64,000 nt of DNA from Candidatus Latescibacterota bacterium (GCA_965226795.1 CBDDDZ010000005.1:864001-928000); one strand, 5' to 3'; shown: positions 37,726 through 47,539, counted from the first letter of the stretch. Notes: generated by a model from the sequence alone, not told the origin. Translations and numbers: made by a program.

Positions 37726-38549
37726 CGGGCGGGCACGGCCGGACCGACCGGCGCCGGAGGCCCCGCCGGGCTTTGGATACCGGCCTCCCGTCGGCGGGCA
37801 CGTTCTTGCACACGGTGCTGATAATTCTGCTGGTTGCCGGGAACGCCCGGGGCGACGGGACGGGTGCGAGGATGTATAATGATGCGAACGCCCTTTATCG
37901 GCAGGGTGAATTCAAAACGGCGGCGGGTCGATACGAAGAAGTGGTGTCTCAGGGCGTGCGGAATGGCTATGTTTATTTCAATCTGGGCAATGCCTATTTC
38001 AAGACGCGAGAAATCGGACAAGCCATTCTCGCCTATGAGCGGGCTCTCAGGTTGATGCCGGGAGACGAGGATGTACTTGCGAATATGAGGTTTGTGAACG
38101 CCCTCAAAGAGGATAAGAATCCGGACGAAGACGTCAATCTTCCAACCCGCGTTCTATCGTCCGGTTACCGACTGCTAAGCGCGGACGTGCTGTCCGTTTT
38201 GTTGACCGTCTGTTTGTTTATGATGTCAGCGGCCGCCGTGTTCTGGCTTTATTCGTCCTCCCGTCGTTCGTTATGGATCGGGCTGCTGGTGCTGACGGGC
38301 CTCGGGTTGTGCGGTTCGGGCGCGCTTCTGACGTACAGGGTTCATGCCGAGGCGTCCGCTTCGGACGCGATCGTTATGGCGGAGGAGGTGCAGGGCCGAA
38401 GCGGCCCGGGGGACGATTATCTGCTGGTTTTCAAGATCCACGAAGGTACGAAGGTGGCTATTGAACGCGTCGAAGACCGCTGGTGTCTGGTGCGATTGCC
38501 AGACGGCATTGGCGGATGGGTGCCGGGGGATGCGGTCGAGAAAATCTGA
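37722..38549 (+). CDS. batE: BatE (TPR + TM + SH3-like)
   Basis: [10 protein letters not shown]...[12 protein letters not shown], two TMs, SGPG...FKIHEGTKV...GWV. Confidence 0.88.
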   Translation: MTGGHGRTDRRRRPRRALDTGLPSAGTFLHTVLIILLVAGNARGDGTGARMYNDANALYRQGEFKTAAGRYEEVVSQGVRNGYVYFNLGNAYFKTREIGQAILAYERALRLMPGDEDVLANMRFVNALKEDKNPDEDVNLPTRVLSSGYRLLSADVLSVLLTVCLFMMSAAAVFWLYSSSRRSLWIGLLVLTGLGLCGSGALLTYRVHAEASASDAIVMAEEVQGRSGPGDDYLLVFKIHEGTKVAIERVEDRWCLVRLPDGIGGWVPGDAVEKI

Positions 38550-38662
38550 ACTGCGCAACACGGTTTTTCGGATGGGAGCGGTACGCTCGATTCAGGCCTG
38601 CGCGAACCGAAACAACCGGTTTTCCGAAAAATGCTGGTTTCGTCTTTATATCAAGGATCGGC

Positions 38663-40009
38663 ATGATGTCGTATAGAGCATGGTTTCAGTGTTTTAGGGG
38701 ATGCGGGGGGCGCTATCGACTGACGCAGATCATTTACGCGTGTCCGAAGTGCGGCGGCCTGCTGGAGGTGCGCCACGATCTGGATGCATTGCGCTCCAGG
38801 TCGCCGCAGTACTGGCGTGAGTTGTTCGATCGACGGTATATGCGCACGGTGTGGCCCTACGGCAGTTCGGTGTGGGGAAAGAAGGAAATGGTCTGCCCCG
38901 TTGTGGACGACGACAACGTGGTATCGATGTATGAAGGGGGCAGCAATCTGTTCTGGGCGGAGCGACTCGGGCGTGAAATCGGGGTGGAGAACCTGTGGGT
39001 CAAGCAATGTGGGAACAGCCATACCGGTTCGTTCAAGGATCTGGGCATGACCGTCCTGGTGTCAATGGTGAAACAAATGGTTGCGGAGGGTCAGCGGATC
39101 CCCGCAGCGGCTTGCGCCTCCACCGGAGATACTTCAGCGGCTCTGGCCGCATATTGCGCGCACGCGGGCATACAGGCGGTTGTGTTCCTGCCCCGGGATA
39201 AGGTCTCCACGGCCCAACTCGTCCAGCCGATGGCAAACGGGGCGCTGGTGTTGAGTCTGGACACGGATTTCGACGGGTGTATGAAGCTGGTTCAGGAAAT
39301 ATGCCAAAGGGAAAATATCTACCTGGCCAATTCGATGAATTCGCTTCGCGTGGAGGGTCAGAAAACCGTCAGCGTGGAGTTGCTCCAGCAGTTCGATTGG
39401 GACGTGCCGCAGTGGATAGTCGTTCCAGGGGGCAATCTGGGAAATGTCAGCGCACTGGGCAAGGGCTTTGGCGAGTTGAAGGAGATGGGTCTGATCGACC
39501 GGGTGCCCCGAATCGCCGTTGCACAGAGTTACCGCGCGAATCCGCTTTACCGGAGCTACTGCAACGGGTTCGATACCTTTGAGCCGCTCAAGGCACAAAC
39601 GACCCTGGCCAGCGCCATCCAGATCGGAGATCCGGTCAGTGCGGAAAAAGCGATCCAGACCCTGAAGAACATCGGCGGCGTGGTGGAGCAGGCCACGGAT
39701 CAGGAACTGGCCGATGCGGCGGCGCGGGCGGATCGAACGGGGTTGTTTTCATGCCCGCATACGGGTGTGGCCTTTGCTGCGCTTATCAAGCTGGTCGACC
39801 GCGGCGTCATTCGGAAAGATGAACGGGTTGTGGTGATTTCCACCGCTCACGGGCTGAAGTTCGCCGAGTTCAAGATCAGGTACCACCTGGAGGAACTTGG
39901 GGCGTTCGGCGTGGACCCGAACCATGCGAATCTGCCCGTGGAATTGCCGGCCGAATACGGACCGGTTCGGGATCAGATCTTTCGGACGCTTGATTTGAAC
40001 GATGGTTGA
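38663..40009 (+). CDS. thrC: Threonine synthase (plant-like subfamily)
   Basis: [16 protein letters not shown] (PLP Lys), [49 protein letters not shown]. Confidence 0.93.
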   Translation: MMSYRAWFQCFRGCGGRYRLTQIIYACPKCGGLLEVRHDLDALRSRSPQYWRELFDRRYMRTVWPYGSSVWGKKEMVCPVVDDDNVVSMYEGGSNLFWAERLGREIGVENLWVKQCGNSHTGSFKDLGMTVLVSMVKQMVAEGQRIPAAACASTGDTSAALAAYCAHAGIQAVVFLPRDKVSTAQLVQPMANGALVLSLDTDFDGCMKLVQEICQRENIYLANSMNSLRVEGQKTVSVELLQQFDWDVPQWIVVPGGNLGNVSALGKGFGELKEMGLIDRVPRIAVAQSYRANPLYRSYCNGFDTFEPLKAQTTLASAIQIGDPVSAEKAIQTLKNIGGVVEQATDQELADAAARADRTGLFSCPHTGVAFAALIKLVDRGVIRKDERVVVISTAHGLKFAEFKIRYHLEELGAFGVDPNHANLPVELPAEYGPVRDQIFRTLDLNDG

Positions 40010-40034
40010 CAGCGATGGGACAATTGGTTACATT
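40006..40034 (+). promoter_or_regulatory. sigma70 promoter for the riboswitch-metB transcript
   Basis: TTGACA (contains the thrC stop), 17 nt, TACATT. Confidence 0.7.
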
Positions 40035-40051
40035 CAATGACCAAAATCAGC

Positions 40052-40104
40052 GTAGTGGTGATTTGAGGCATATTGCAGCCACTATAAAGAAATCGCTAAA
40101 AAGC
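40052..40104 (+). ncRNA. SAM-II riboswitch aptamer
   Basis: GTAGTGG-TGATTT-gaggcata-TTGCAG-CCACTAT-aaagaaatc-GCTAAAAAGC: P1 stem with the UGAUUU/UUGCA/GCUAAA pseudoknot signature, upstream of a methionine-pathway gene. Confidence 0.85.
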
Positions 40105-40143
40105 TGACCACCAATACGACTGTCGGTTGCGTATTCAGGTTCT

Positions 40144-40172
40144 CTGGGGCTTTTTGGCTTCAGTTTTTTTTT
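40144..40172 (+). terminator. Intrinsic terminator of the riboswitch expression platform
   Basis: CTGGGGC-tttttg-GCTTCAG stem (two G-U pairs) followed by T9. Confidence 0.7.
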
Positions 40173-40191
40173 GTGGACACCGGAGGATACG

Positions 40192-41385
40192 ATGGAAAAG
40201 AAGCCATCACTGAATGGCGCTTGCAGTTCTACCCGTGCGGTTCACGCCGGGGAAGAGAGGGGGCATTGGGGCCATTCCCTCACGGTGCCGATCGCGCAGA
40301 CGTCGACCTATGTATTCGAAAACACAGCGGCGGTGGACGACTTCGTATCCGGGCGCTCAACCCGACTTGACTACGGTCGTTACGGAAACCCGACGCAGCA
40401 GATTGCGGAACGAAAACTGGCCGAAATCGAGGGAGCGGAATCGGCGCTGTTGTTTTCCTCCGGCATGAGCGCGTTGACCACCACGCTTCTGGGCATGTTG
40501 TCAACGGGTCACCACGCCGTGATTACCGACGACTGTTACCGGAAGACCGCACAGTTCTGCGAACAGTTGCTGAAAAAGTTCGGTATCGCCACGACCTTCG
40601 TTCCGGCTGGCGACTATGCACGGCTCGAGTCGGCCATGCAGGAGAATACGAGGGTGGTGATTGCGGAGTCTCCAACCAACCCGCACCTGAACGTGATGGA
40701 CCTGGAAGAGGTTGTCGCCATCGCAAAAGCGAACCGGACGAAGGTCGTGATTGACAGTACGTTTGCCACGCCGTTCAACCAGCGTCCTCTGGAATTTGGA
40801 GTGGACTTGGTCATTCACAGCGCAACCAAGTATCTGGGGGGGCATAACGACCTTATCGCCGGTGCTGTTCTTGGCCCCGAGCCGCTGGTATCGGCAATAA
40901 AGGACTATCGCGGTATCCTGGGCGGGGTGATCGACCCACACTGCGCGTATCTGCTGATCAGAGGCATCAAGACATTCCCGTTGAGAATGGCGCGTCAGAA
41001 CGAGACGGCGCTGGCGCTTGCACGGTTCCTTGAGGACAGCCGCAAGGTGCGACAGGTATACTATCCTGGACTGGAGAGCCACCCGCACCATCGGGTTGCC
41101 CGGGAGCAAATGAAAGGGTACGGCGGCGTGGTGAGTTTCGATCTCAATGCGGATTTAGCCGGAACCATGGCGTTCCTCGATCGCCTGGAGATTCCGTATA
41201 TCGGCGCGAGCCTGGGTGGGGTGGAGAGCATCGTCTCTCATCCGTCTACCATTTCCTACTACGAAATGGCGCGGGAAGACCGGGTCGCCATAGGGATCAG
41301 TGACGAATTGGTACGTTATTCTGTCGGAGTTGAGGACGCGGAAGACCTGATTGACGACGTGGAACGGGCGCTGGAGGCTGTTTAA
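40192..41385 (+). CDS. metB: Cystathionine gamma-synthase (trans-sulfuration PLP enzyme, plant-like)
   Basis: YGRYGNPT, FSSGM, DCYRKT, ESPTNP, DSTFATP, HSATKYLGGHND, SLGGVES; GGAGG RBS. Confidence 0.88.
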   Translation: MEKKPSLNGACSSTRAVHAGEERGHWGHSLTVPIAQTSTYVFENTAAVDDFVSGRSTRLDYGRYGNPTQQIAERKLAEIEGAESALLFSSGMSALTTTLLGMLSTGHHAVITDDCYRKTAQFCEQLLKKFGIATTFVPAGDYARLESAMQENTRVVIAESPTNPHLNVMDLEEVVAIAKANRTKVVIDSTFATPFNQRPLEFGVDLVIHSATKYLGGHNDLIAGAVLGPEPLVSAIKDYRGILGGVIDPHCAYLLIRGIKTFPLRMARQNETALALARFLEDSRKVRQVYYPGLESHPHHRVAREQMKGYGGVVSFDLNADLAGTMAFLDRLEIPYIGASLGGVESIVSHPSTISYYEMAREDRVAIGISDELVRYSVGVEDAEDLIDDVERALEAV

Positions 41386-41429
41386 CGGAAAAGGGGAGCG
41401 AGGCCGCGGGTCGCGGCTCTTCGAAATGT

Positions 41430-42182
41430 ATGTTCGGTCCGTTTGTTGTATTCGCGTTGCGGGCGCCGTTACAGGATGAGCGCTGGCGGCAAAAGGTCCT
41501 GCTGGGTGGTTTGCTGTCTCTGCTACCGAGTCTGGCATTGCTGCTCGCCGTCTTTATGGCGCTGGGAAAAGTCTCCATCATGTTTGCGCCCGTGGCGGTC
41601 GTTTTCTTCGTGTTCCCGACACTCGTTTGGTGGGGGTATGTCTATCGTGTCTTTGTAGACGCGTTAAACGGTCTGGAATTCCGCCGAATGCCGGAGTGGG
41701 GCGCGTGGAAGCAATACGCGGGCGTGGGGGTCCGGCTGGGAGTGATCTATCTGGGATATCTGTTCCTGGTCGGCCTGGGAGCACTTGCCGTGATGGCAGT
41801 TCTGGGACTGGTTCCTCCAGGAGAAGATCCGACCCGGCTGAGCGCGATCACGTTGCTGCTGATTGGCACCGCTATGATGCTATACGGGCTCCTGCCAGTC
41901 GTTTTTGCGCGGTTTGCCGCGGAGGGAAAGATATGGGCTTCGTTCGACCCGGGCGCGATCCTTTCGGACATTCGGCGGGTGATCCGGGGCGGTCGGTACA
42001 CACAGGCGTGTCTTGCCTTTTATCTCTCTTACGGGTTGCTGTTTCTCCTGAATGTGATACTGGCCGCCGTACCGCCGGTGGCCATGTTTGTTCTCTCGGT
42101 TGGCTCGTTTTATCTGATGGTGGTGTTCGCCTGGGTCTTCGGGTGGCTGATCGGGGTACGGGGTGCGGATAATTCCAGGTAA
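41430..42182 (+). CDS. DUF4013-like membrane protein
   Basis: W..KVLLGGLL, WGY.YRV, MPEW..W.QY, ARFAAEG..WASFD; multiple TMs. Confidence 0.7.
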   Translation: MFGPFVVFALRAPLQDERWRQKVLLGGLLSLLPSLALLLAVFMALGKVSIMFAPVAVVFFVFPTLVWWGYVYRVFVDALNGLEFRRMPEWGAWKQYAGVGVRLGVIYLGYLFLVGLGALAVMAVLGLVPPGEDPTRLSAITLLLIGTAMMLYGLLPVVFARFAAEGKIWASFDPGAILSDIRRVIRGGRYTQACLAFYLSYGLLFLLNVILAAVPPVAMFVLSVGSFYLMVVFAWVFGWLIGVRGADNSR

Positions 42183-42345
42183 ATCGCAGCGGAGCGGGTA
42201 CCTCTATGGCGTCGGTCTTGAATGTGGAGTTTAAGGCAGGAGGGCCCGTGACCTGCTGCTGATCGCGGAGCGTTTAAACCGGTACCGATGGCTGCCTCAA
42301 ATCTGGGTGAGGTCAAACTCCGATGAAAGGAGCCGAGAGAAGAGA

Positions 42346-43260
42346 TCATACCTGTGCCCATGCCGCGTCGAGTACCCTTTTGGCGTTTGCGATGACGATT
42401 TCAGGTGATTCACCCTCCATTGGAGACACCTCGAAGCTGAGAATGGGGCGCTTCTCCGGATCCAGGAATCCAATGTCGAGCAGTTCGCTGAGGAATTCAA
42501 CGGCTTCCGGTACATCGTTCTCGCCGTCCTCACAACCGAAGCGTGGGTGGTTGTCTCCGTAGGCCGGATGATCGGGATTTCGCATCACACAGTTGCCGAT
42601 ATGGGCATGAACCAGGTGGTCGCGAGCAATTCGCAACGCATAGTTCGAGGTCTCGCCCTGCAGGGGAAAATGACTCAGGTCCAGCATTAATCCGAAGTTT
42701 GGATACTCTCGCCTCACCCTGGAAGACACGTCGACTGCCAGGGCATTCGGGCCTACGAGACAATTCTTGCCGAAGGGCAGACGGTCGAAAGTCTCCAGAA
42801 CCACGCTCATGTTCCTGCCTGCTGCATCGTCGCAAAGGCGATGTAGCGAGTCGACCAGCAGGTCCACGCCCCGCTCGCGGGCTTCCGGGCCGGGATCGGT
42901 GCCCGAAAGCAGCGCAACCCCGGGGGCCCCCAGTGCTTCCGCCTGATCGATGCCGGCTTTGACCGCGTCCACGGCGTGGAGCCGGTGGCCCTCGTCGGAA
43001 GCGTTAATGTCCAACTTGCCGCCAAGAAGAATGGGTTGGGCGCCGAACGCCACATCCATATGGGCGGCCTCGAGCAATTCCGCGGCTTCCGCAAGCACCT
43101 TCCCGTCCTTCATGTGGGTGACTTCCACAGCCTGGAAATAAGGGTCAAGCGCGATTTTTTCAAGTGTTTCAAGAATCGGTCCTTCGCCGCCGATACAGGA
43201 CTTGTAGGCCATAAAGTGGACGATGCCGATTCGAGCATAATTCTGAATGGGTTCGGTCAC
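42346..43260 (-). CDS. Sugar phosphate isomerase/epimerase (TIM barrel)
   Basis: VLETFD, MLDLSH, HAHIGN, LSFEV; GTG start after AGGAG. Confidence 0.85.
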   Translation of the reverse strand: MTEPIQNYARIGIVHFMAYKSCIGGEGPILETLEKIALDPYFQAVEVTHMKDGKVLAEAAELLEAAHMDVAFGAQPILLGGKLDINASDEGHRLHAVDAVKAGIDQAEALGAPGVALLSGTDPGPEARERGVDLLVDSLHRLCDDAAGRNMSVVLETFDRLPFGKNCLVGPNALAVDVSSRVRREYPNFGLMLDLSHFPLQGETSNYALRIARDHLVHAHIGNCVMRNPDHPAYGDNHPRFGCEDGENDVPEAVEFLSELLDIGFLDPEKRPILSFEVSPMEGESPEIVIANAKRVLDAAWAQV

Positions 43261-43423
43261 AACAGGGACTCCTTTCTTACCTGGCGAATTTGCTGTTCCG
43301 AAATGCGTGGAGGGCAATTGGGAAAACGGGAATGGGAAGCAGATTCCCACTAGCGCCTACACGGATAGAGAAAGGTTCGTCGGGATATCCGAGCGTCATC
43401 GGCCCTGGTGGAATTCCGGGGGC

Positions 43424-43452
43424 AAAATACGCATTCATACCTGTTTTGTCAA
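43424..43452 (-). promoter_or_regulatory. sigma70-type promoter for the TIM-barrel gene
   Basis: Minus strand TTGACA (43452-43447), 17 nt, TATTTT. Confidence 0.5.
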
Positions 43453-43474
43453 TTGACAAAACGCACTTTTCCGC

Positions 43475-43503
43475 TTGACTTTCCGGGCGCCGGCCTGTAT
43501 TAT
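43475..43503 (+). promoter_or_regulatory. sigma70 promoter for tRNA-Tyr
   Basis: TTGACT, 17 nt, TATTAT. Confidence 0.65.
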
Positions 43504-43528
43504 TTCTGCTCTGATTTTCATTGCGCGT

Positions 43529-43614
43529 GGGGAGGTACCCAAGCGGTCAACGGGGGCAGACTGTAAATCTGTTGGCTGACGCCTTCGGTGGTTCGAATCC
43601 ACCCCTCCCCACCA
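43529..43614 (+). tRNA. tRNA-Tyr(GTA)
   Basis: GGGGAGG/CCTCCCC acceptor, CTGTAAA anticodon loop, long variable arm, GGTTCGAATCC, encoded CCA. Confidence 0.97.
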
Positions 43615-43632
43615 CCATATCACGGGCTATGC

Positions 43633-43660
43633 GCCCCTCCTTCAACAGGAGGGGCTTTGT
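43633..43660 (+). terminator. Intrinsic terminator after tRNA-Tyr
   Basis: GCCCCTCCT-tcaac-AGGAGGGGC followed by TTTGT. Confidence 0.65.
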
Positions 43661-43812
43661 CGTCTTTATGGAACTCCGTTGCCGGCCTGAATCGAGGTCA
43701 GGGAGTTTGCCCGTCGATGTCTGCTGGCGAGTCTCGCGCATCCCGTGGTCGGTCGTTCTGGAGATGTGGATGTTTTTCTTGAGTTTGCGAACACTCTTTC
43801 TTAAGAAAATTC

Positions 43813-43841
43813 TTGACATCGATACGTGTATGTGATAGCTT
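43813..43841 (+). promoter_or_regulatory. sigma70 promoter for tRNA-Gly/Thr-rpmG-secE-nusG
   Basis: TTGACA, 17 nt, TAGCTT with TGn. Confidence 0.55.
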
Positions 43842-43911
43842 AGTAAGTCTGGAAACTTTCGTTGCCGGCCCCTTTGCATGTCCGGCCCGAAAGGAGTCGT
43901 TTTTCTTATCT

Positions 43912-43988
43912 GCGGGAATAGCTCAGTTGGCTAGAGCGTCAGCCTTCCAAGCTGAATGTCGCGGGTTCGAGTCCCGTTTCCCGCTCCA
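43912..43988 (+). tRNA. tRNA-Gly(TCC)
   Basis: GCGGGAA/TTCCCGC acceptor, CTTCCAA loop, GGTTCGAGTCC, CCA. Confidence 0.97.
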
Positions 43989-44042
43989 ATTTCCAACGGG
44001 GTGCGTTATCAGCCCTTGTCTGTCGTGTAGACAGGGTACAGG

Positions 44043-44118
44043 GCCCATGTAGCTCAGTCGGTAGAGCACCTCCTTGGTAAGGAGGAGGTCACCGGTTCGA
44101 GTCCGGTCGTGGGCTCCA
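44043..44118 (+). tRNA. tRNA-Thr(GGT)
   Basis: GCCCATG/CGTGGGC acceptor, TTGGTAA loop, GGTTCGAGTCC, CCA. Confidence 0.97.
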
Positions 44119-44140
44119 ATAAAACGTTCTGTCACCGTCA

Positions 44141-44293
44141 ATGCCCAGAGATCTCATTACATTGGCCTGCGCCGAATGCGCGCGTCGGAATTATACGGCG
44201 AAGAAGAATCGCCGTTTGCACCCGGATCGCGTCGAATTCAAGAAATATTGCAGGTTTTGCCGAAAACATGCTCTGCACCGTGAGACTCGCTGA
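44141..44293 (+). CDS. rpmG: 50S ribosomal protein L33 (Zn-binding C+ type)
   Basis: Below the ORF-track cutoff; [50 protein letters not shown]. Confidence 0.96.
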   Translation: MPRDLITLACAECARRNYTAKKNRRLHPDRVEFKKYCRFCRKHALHRETR

Positions 44294-44325
44294 GTTTCAG
44301 GATTTGCTGTCGATTTATTGGGGTT

Positions 44326-44401
44326 AGGGCAGTAGCTCAATTGGTAGAGCACCGGTCTCCAAAACCGGTGGTTGCGGGTTCGATTCCTGCCTGCCCTGCC
44401 A
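44326..44401 (+). tRNA. tRNA-Trp(CCA)
   Basis: AGGGCAG/CTGCCCT acceptor, CTCCAAA loop, GGTTCGATTCC, CCA. Confidence 0.97.
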
Positions 44402-44564
44402 TTTTCCTCCGAAACAGACACCAGACCCGCGCCTGAGTTACGCAGGTTTTTACGGGAGCCGGGTTTCTTTTACGAATCCCCATCAACCGACGTCGATTTC
44501 GGCATGCGCGAGCCCACTCTCGGGCTGTTTCAGGTGTTGGGGCGTTTCCCTGGCGGTATACCCG

Positions 44565-44750
44565 ATGTTCGCGAAGGTGGCGCAGTTAATTAAAGACGTT
44601 CAGCTTGAAATGGGAAAGGTGACCTGGCCGACCCGAGATGAGCTGATCGCTTCCACAAACATCGTGCTGGTGGTTTCGCTGGCGCTTTCCGTCTTTATTT
44701 TTTTCGTAGACTTCGTGCTTTCGCTGGTCCGCAGGTTTGCGATGGGCTGA
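44565..44750 (+). CDS. secE: Preprotein translocase subunit SecE
   Basis: EMGKVTWPTRDEL plus a single TM; position before nusG. Confidence 0.93.
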   Translation: MFAKVAQLIKDVQLEMGKVTWPTRDELIASTNIVLVVSLALSVFIFFVDFVLSLVRRFAMG

Positions 44751-44784
44751 CGGCCTCAGTCTATTCAACAGAGAGTGATGCCCC

Positions 44785-45324
44785 ATGGCAATGCGCTGGT
44801 ACGTCGTGCATACCTATTCGGGACACGAAAACAAGGTGCGTTCCTATCTCGAAAGTGCCAAGGAAGGCACCGAGATTGCAGACAGGATCAATCGGGTCGT
44901 GGTTCCCACCGAAGAGGTCGTCGAGATGAAGGACGGAAAGAAGACAACCTCCTTCAGGAAATTCCTGCCCAGCTACATTCTGGTCGAAATGGAAATGGAT
45001 AAGGAGACCATGCATTTTGTAACCAATTTGCCGGGCGTTACGAGCTTCGTTGGACCGGGAAAGCGCCCGCAGCCGCTTCATGAAAAAGAGGTAGAACACG
45101 TGCTGGGTCATGTGGACCGGCGTCAGGTTCAGGACGATCAGCAAATTCCCTATCAGGTCGGGGATCGGGTCAAAGTGATCGACGGTCCCTTCAGCGAATT
45201 TATCGGGATGGTCGACGTCGTGAACCCCGAGAAGAGAAAGATCAAGGTGATGGTAAGTATATTCGGCAGGAACACGCCTGTGGAACTGGATGTCCTGCAG
45301 GTCGAAGAGGCCGTGGAAGGGTAA
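44785..45324 (+). CDS. nusG: Transcription termination/antitermination factor NusG
   Basis: [29 protein letters not shown]...IFGR.TPVEL. Confidence 0.97.
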   Translation: MAMRWYVVHTYSGHENKVRSYLESAKEGTEIADRINRVVVPTEEVVEMKDGKKTTSFRKFLPSYILVEMEMDKETMHFVTNLPGVTSFVGPGKRPQPLHEKEVEHVLGHVDRRQVQDDQQIPYQVGDRVKVIDGPFSEFIGMVDVVNPEKRKIKVMVSIFGRNTPVELDVLQVEEAVEG

Positions 45325-45328
45325 CGCA

Positions 45329-45754
45329 ATGGCAAAGAAAATAATGACAACCATTAAACTGCAGATTCCGGCGGGCCAGGCGTCCCCCACGCCGCCGGTC
45401 GGACCGGCGCTTGGCCAGCACGGTGTCAATATTATGGAGTTCTGCCAGGCGTTCAACGCACAGACCAAAGATAAGCAGGGGTTGATTGTTCCCGCGGTCA
45501 TTACCGTGTTTGCGGATCGTAGTTTCTCCTTCATAACGAAAAGCCCGCCCGCCGCGGTATTGCTGAAACGGGCCGCAGGACTGGAGAAGGGGTCGCCCGA
45601 ATCCAATCGAACCAAGGTCGGAAGTGTCAAGCGGGATCAGGTTCGGGAGATTGCCGAGATGAAGATGGAAGATCTGAATGCCGGCAGCCTGGAAACCGCC
45701 GTACGCATGATCGAAGGAACGGCCCGCAGCGCCGGTATTACTGTCGAGGATTAG
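45329..45754 (+). CDS. rplK: 50S ribosomal protein L11
   Basis: [27 protein letters not shown]. Confidence 0.97.
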   Translation: MAKKIMTTIKLQIPAGQASPTPPVGPALGQHGVNIMEFCQAFNAQTKDKQGLIVPAVITVFADRSFSFITKSPPAAVLLKRAAGLEKGSPESNRTKVGSVKRDQVREIAEMKMEDLNAGSLETAVRMIEGTARSAGITVED

Positions 45755-45767
45755 GAGGACAATCATT

Positions 45768-46466
45768 ATGGCGAGGCGTAACGGGAAGCGTTACAAGGCG
45801 GCGCTTTCTCAGATTGATCGACGCGCGCAATATTCCATCGAAGATGCGATAACGCTGCTGAAAGACATGCCGGCGCCGAAATTCGATCAGACGGTGGAAA
45901 TGGCCATGCGTCTGGGCATTGACCCGCGCCAGGCCGATCAGCAGGTCCGAGGCACGGTGATGTTGCCGCATGGTCTTGGAAAGACGATTCGCGTCGTCGT
46001 GTTCGCCAAGGGTGAACAGGCGGCGGCAGCAGAAGCGGCCGGTGCGGATGTTGTGGGAGCCGACGACCTGGCCGAACGAATCAACGGTGGATGGACCGAT
46101 TTTGACGTGGCCATCGCGGCGCCCGACATGATGAGCGTTGTCGGACGTTTGGGAAGGATTCTCGGCCCCCGGGGTCTGATGCCCAATCCCAAGAGCGGTA
46201 CAGTTACCCCGGACGTGGCGCGGGCAGTGGGAGAGGCGAAGGCGGGTCGCGTGGAGTATCGCGTAGACCGGAACGGAAACGTTCACACGCCCGTGGGCAG
46301 GATTTCGTTCGATGAAAGCAGATTGGTTGAGAATGCCCGAACATTGTTCGATACAATCGTACGTGCGCGTCCATCATCTGCAAAGGGGCAGTATGTCCGG
46401 TCGGTCACCCTGGCCACCACCATGGGCCCGGGTGTCCGGGTCCATCGATCCAGCGTGACGAACTGA
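45768..46466 (+). CDS. rplA: 50S ribosomal protein L1
   Basis: [29 protein letters not shown]. Confidence 0.97.
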   Translation: MARRNGKRYKAALSQIDRRAQYSIEDAITLLKDMPAPKFDQTVEMAMRLGIDPRQADQQVRGTVMLPHGLGKTIRVVVFAKGEQAAAAEAAGADVVGADDLAERINGGWTDFDVAIAAPDMMSVVGRLGRILGPRGLMPNPKSGTVTPDVARAVGEAKAGRVEYRVDRNGNVHTPVGRISFDESRLVENARTLFDTIVRARPSSAKGQYVRSVTLATTMGPGVRVHRSSVTN

Positions 46467-46498
46467 CGGCGAGATTCCGCTCAACGGAAGGGAAAAGG

Positions 46499-47035
46499 AT
46501 GCCAACGGCTGGAAAAATTAGCGCAGTTGAAGAGTTGACCAGTCTGATGAGCAGGTCCCAGGGATTCTATCTGGCCGACTTTACAGGTCTCAATGTCCCC
46601 GATGTCACCCGACTGCGAAAGCGGCTGCGCGACGAGGACATAACCTATAGGGTCATCAAGAATCGCCTGGCGTTGTTGGCAGTAAAAAATGCGGGGATCG
46701 ATGGACTGGAAGGGGTATTGCAGGGGCCAACCGTGCTCGCGAGTTCCGAGACCGATCCAGTCGCGGCGGTGAGGCTGCTTCACGAGTTTGCGGCGAACGC
46801 CAACGGCCTGCCAAGGGTCAAGGGCGGTTTTGCGGACGGTCGTGTCTTTAGAGGGGATCAGCTTGAGGCGCTTGCCCAGCTTCCACCGAGGGAAGTGCTT
46901 TTGGGGAAGGTGGTCTCCTCAATTCAGAGTCCATTGAGTGGTCTGGTATTCTGTCTGGGCGGCTTGCTTCAAAACCTGGTTCTGGTTCTGAACGAAATTG
47001 CAAAGAAGAAAGATGAAACCGGGGTCGAAAATTAG
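46499..47035 (+). CDS. rplJ: 50S ribosomal protein L10
   Basis: DFTGLNV...[20 protein letters not shown]; operon position. Confidence 0.95.
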   Translation: MPTAGKISAVEELTSLMSRSQGFYLADFTGLNVPDVTRLRKRLRDEDITYRVIKNRLALLAVKNAGIDGLEGVLQGPTVLASSETDPVAAVRLLHEFAANANGLPRVKGGFADGRVFRGDQLEALAQLPPREVLLGKVVSSIQSPLSGLVFCLGGLLQNLVLVLNEIAKKKDETGVEN

Positions 47036-47094
47036 ACATGCCGGAGCATCTTAAACCGTTTCAATCAGCAGGATTAGACGTATGGAGGACATCC

Positions 47095-47469
47095 ATGGCA
47101 ATTGCAGACATTATCGATGAGATCGAGAAGCTTTCCGTTCTGGAACTGGCCGAACTGGTCAAAGCGCTCGAAGAAAAATTCGGCGTTAGTGCCCAGGCAA
47201 TGGTCGCCGCGCCAGCGGCCGGCGCCGGCGCCGATGGAGAGGCTGAGGAAGAAGAACAGACGGAATTCGACGTGGTATTGAATGCCTTCGGCGATAAGAA
47301 GATTCAGGTCATTAAGGTGGTACGCAGCGTCACGAGCCTGGGCCTGAAAGAAGCCAAGGAACTCGTCGACGGTGCGCCTCGCAGTGTGAAGGAGGGCGTC
47401 TCCAAGGAGGAGGCCGACCAGATCAAAGCCGAGCTGGAGGAGGTAGGGGCCGTGGTTGAAATTAAATAG
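47095..47469 (+). CDS. rplL: 50S ribosomal protein L7/L12
   Basis: [31 protein letters not shown]. Confidence 0.97.
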   Translation: MAIADIIDEIEKLSVLELAELVKALEEKFGVSAQAMVAAPAAGAGADGEAEEEEQTEFDVVLNAFGDKKIQVIKVVRSVTSLGLKEAKELVDGAPRSVKEGVSKEEADQIKAELEEVGAVVEIK

Positions 47470-47539
47470 CCGCACCACAGCTTAACCTGCATTCCTGCCT
47501 TCTAACATCGGTCGATTTCACCAGAGGAGCGTGATCATC

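Noticed and set aside
38598..38642. REP/MITE-like imperfect palindrome between batE and thrC
   Set aside because: Degenerate and apparently single-copy in the window
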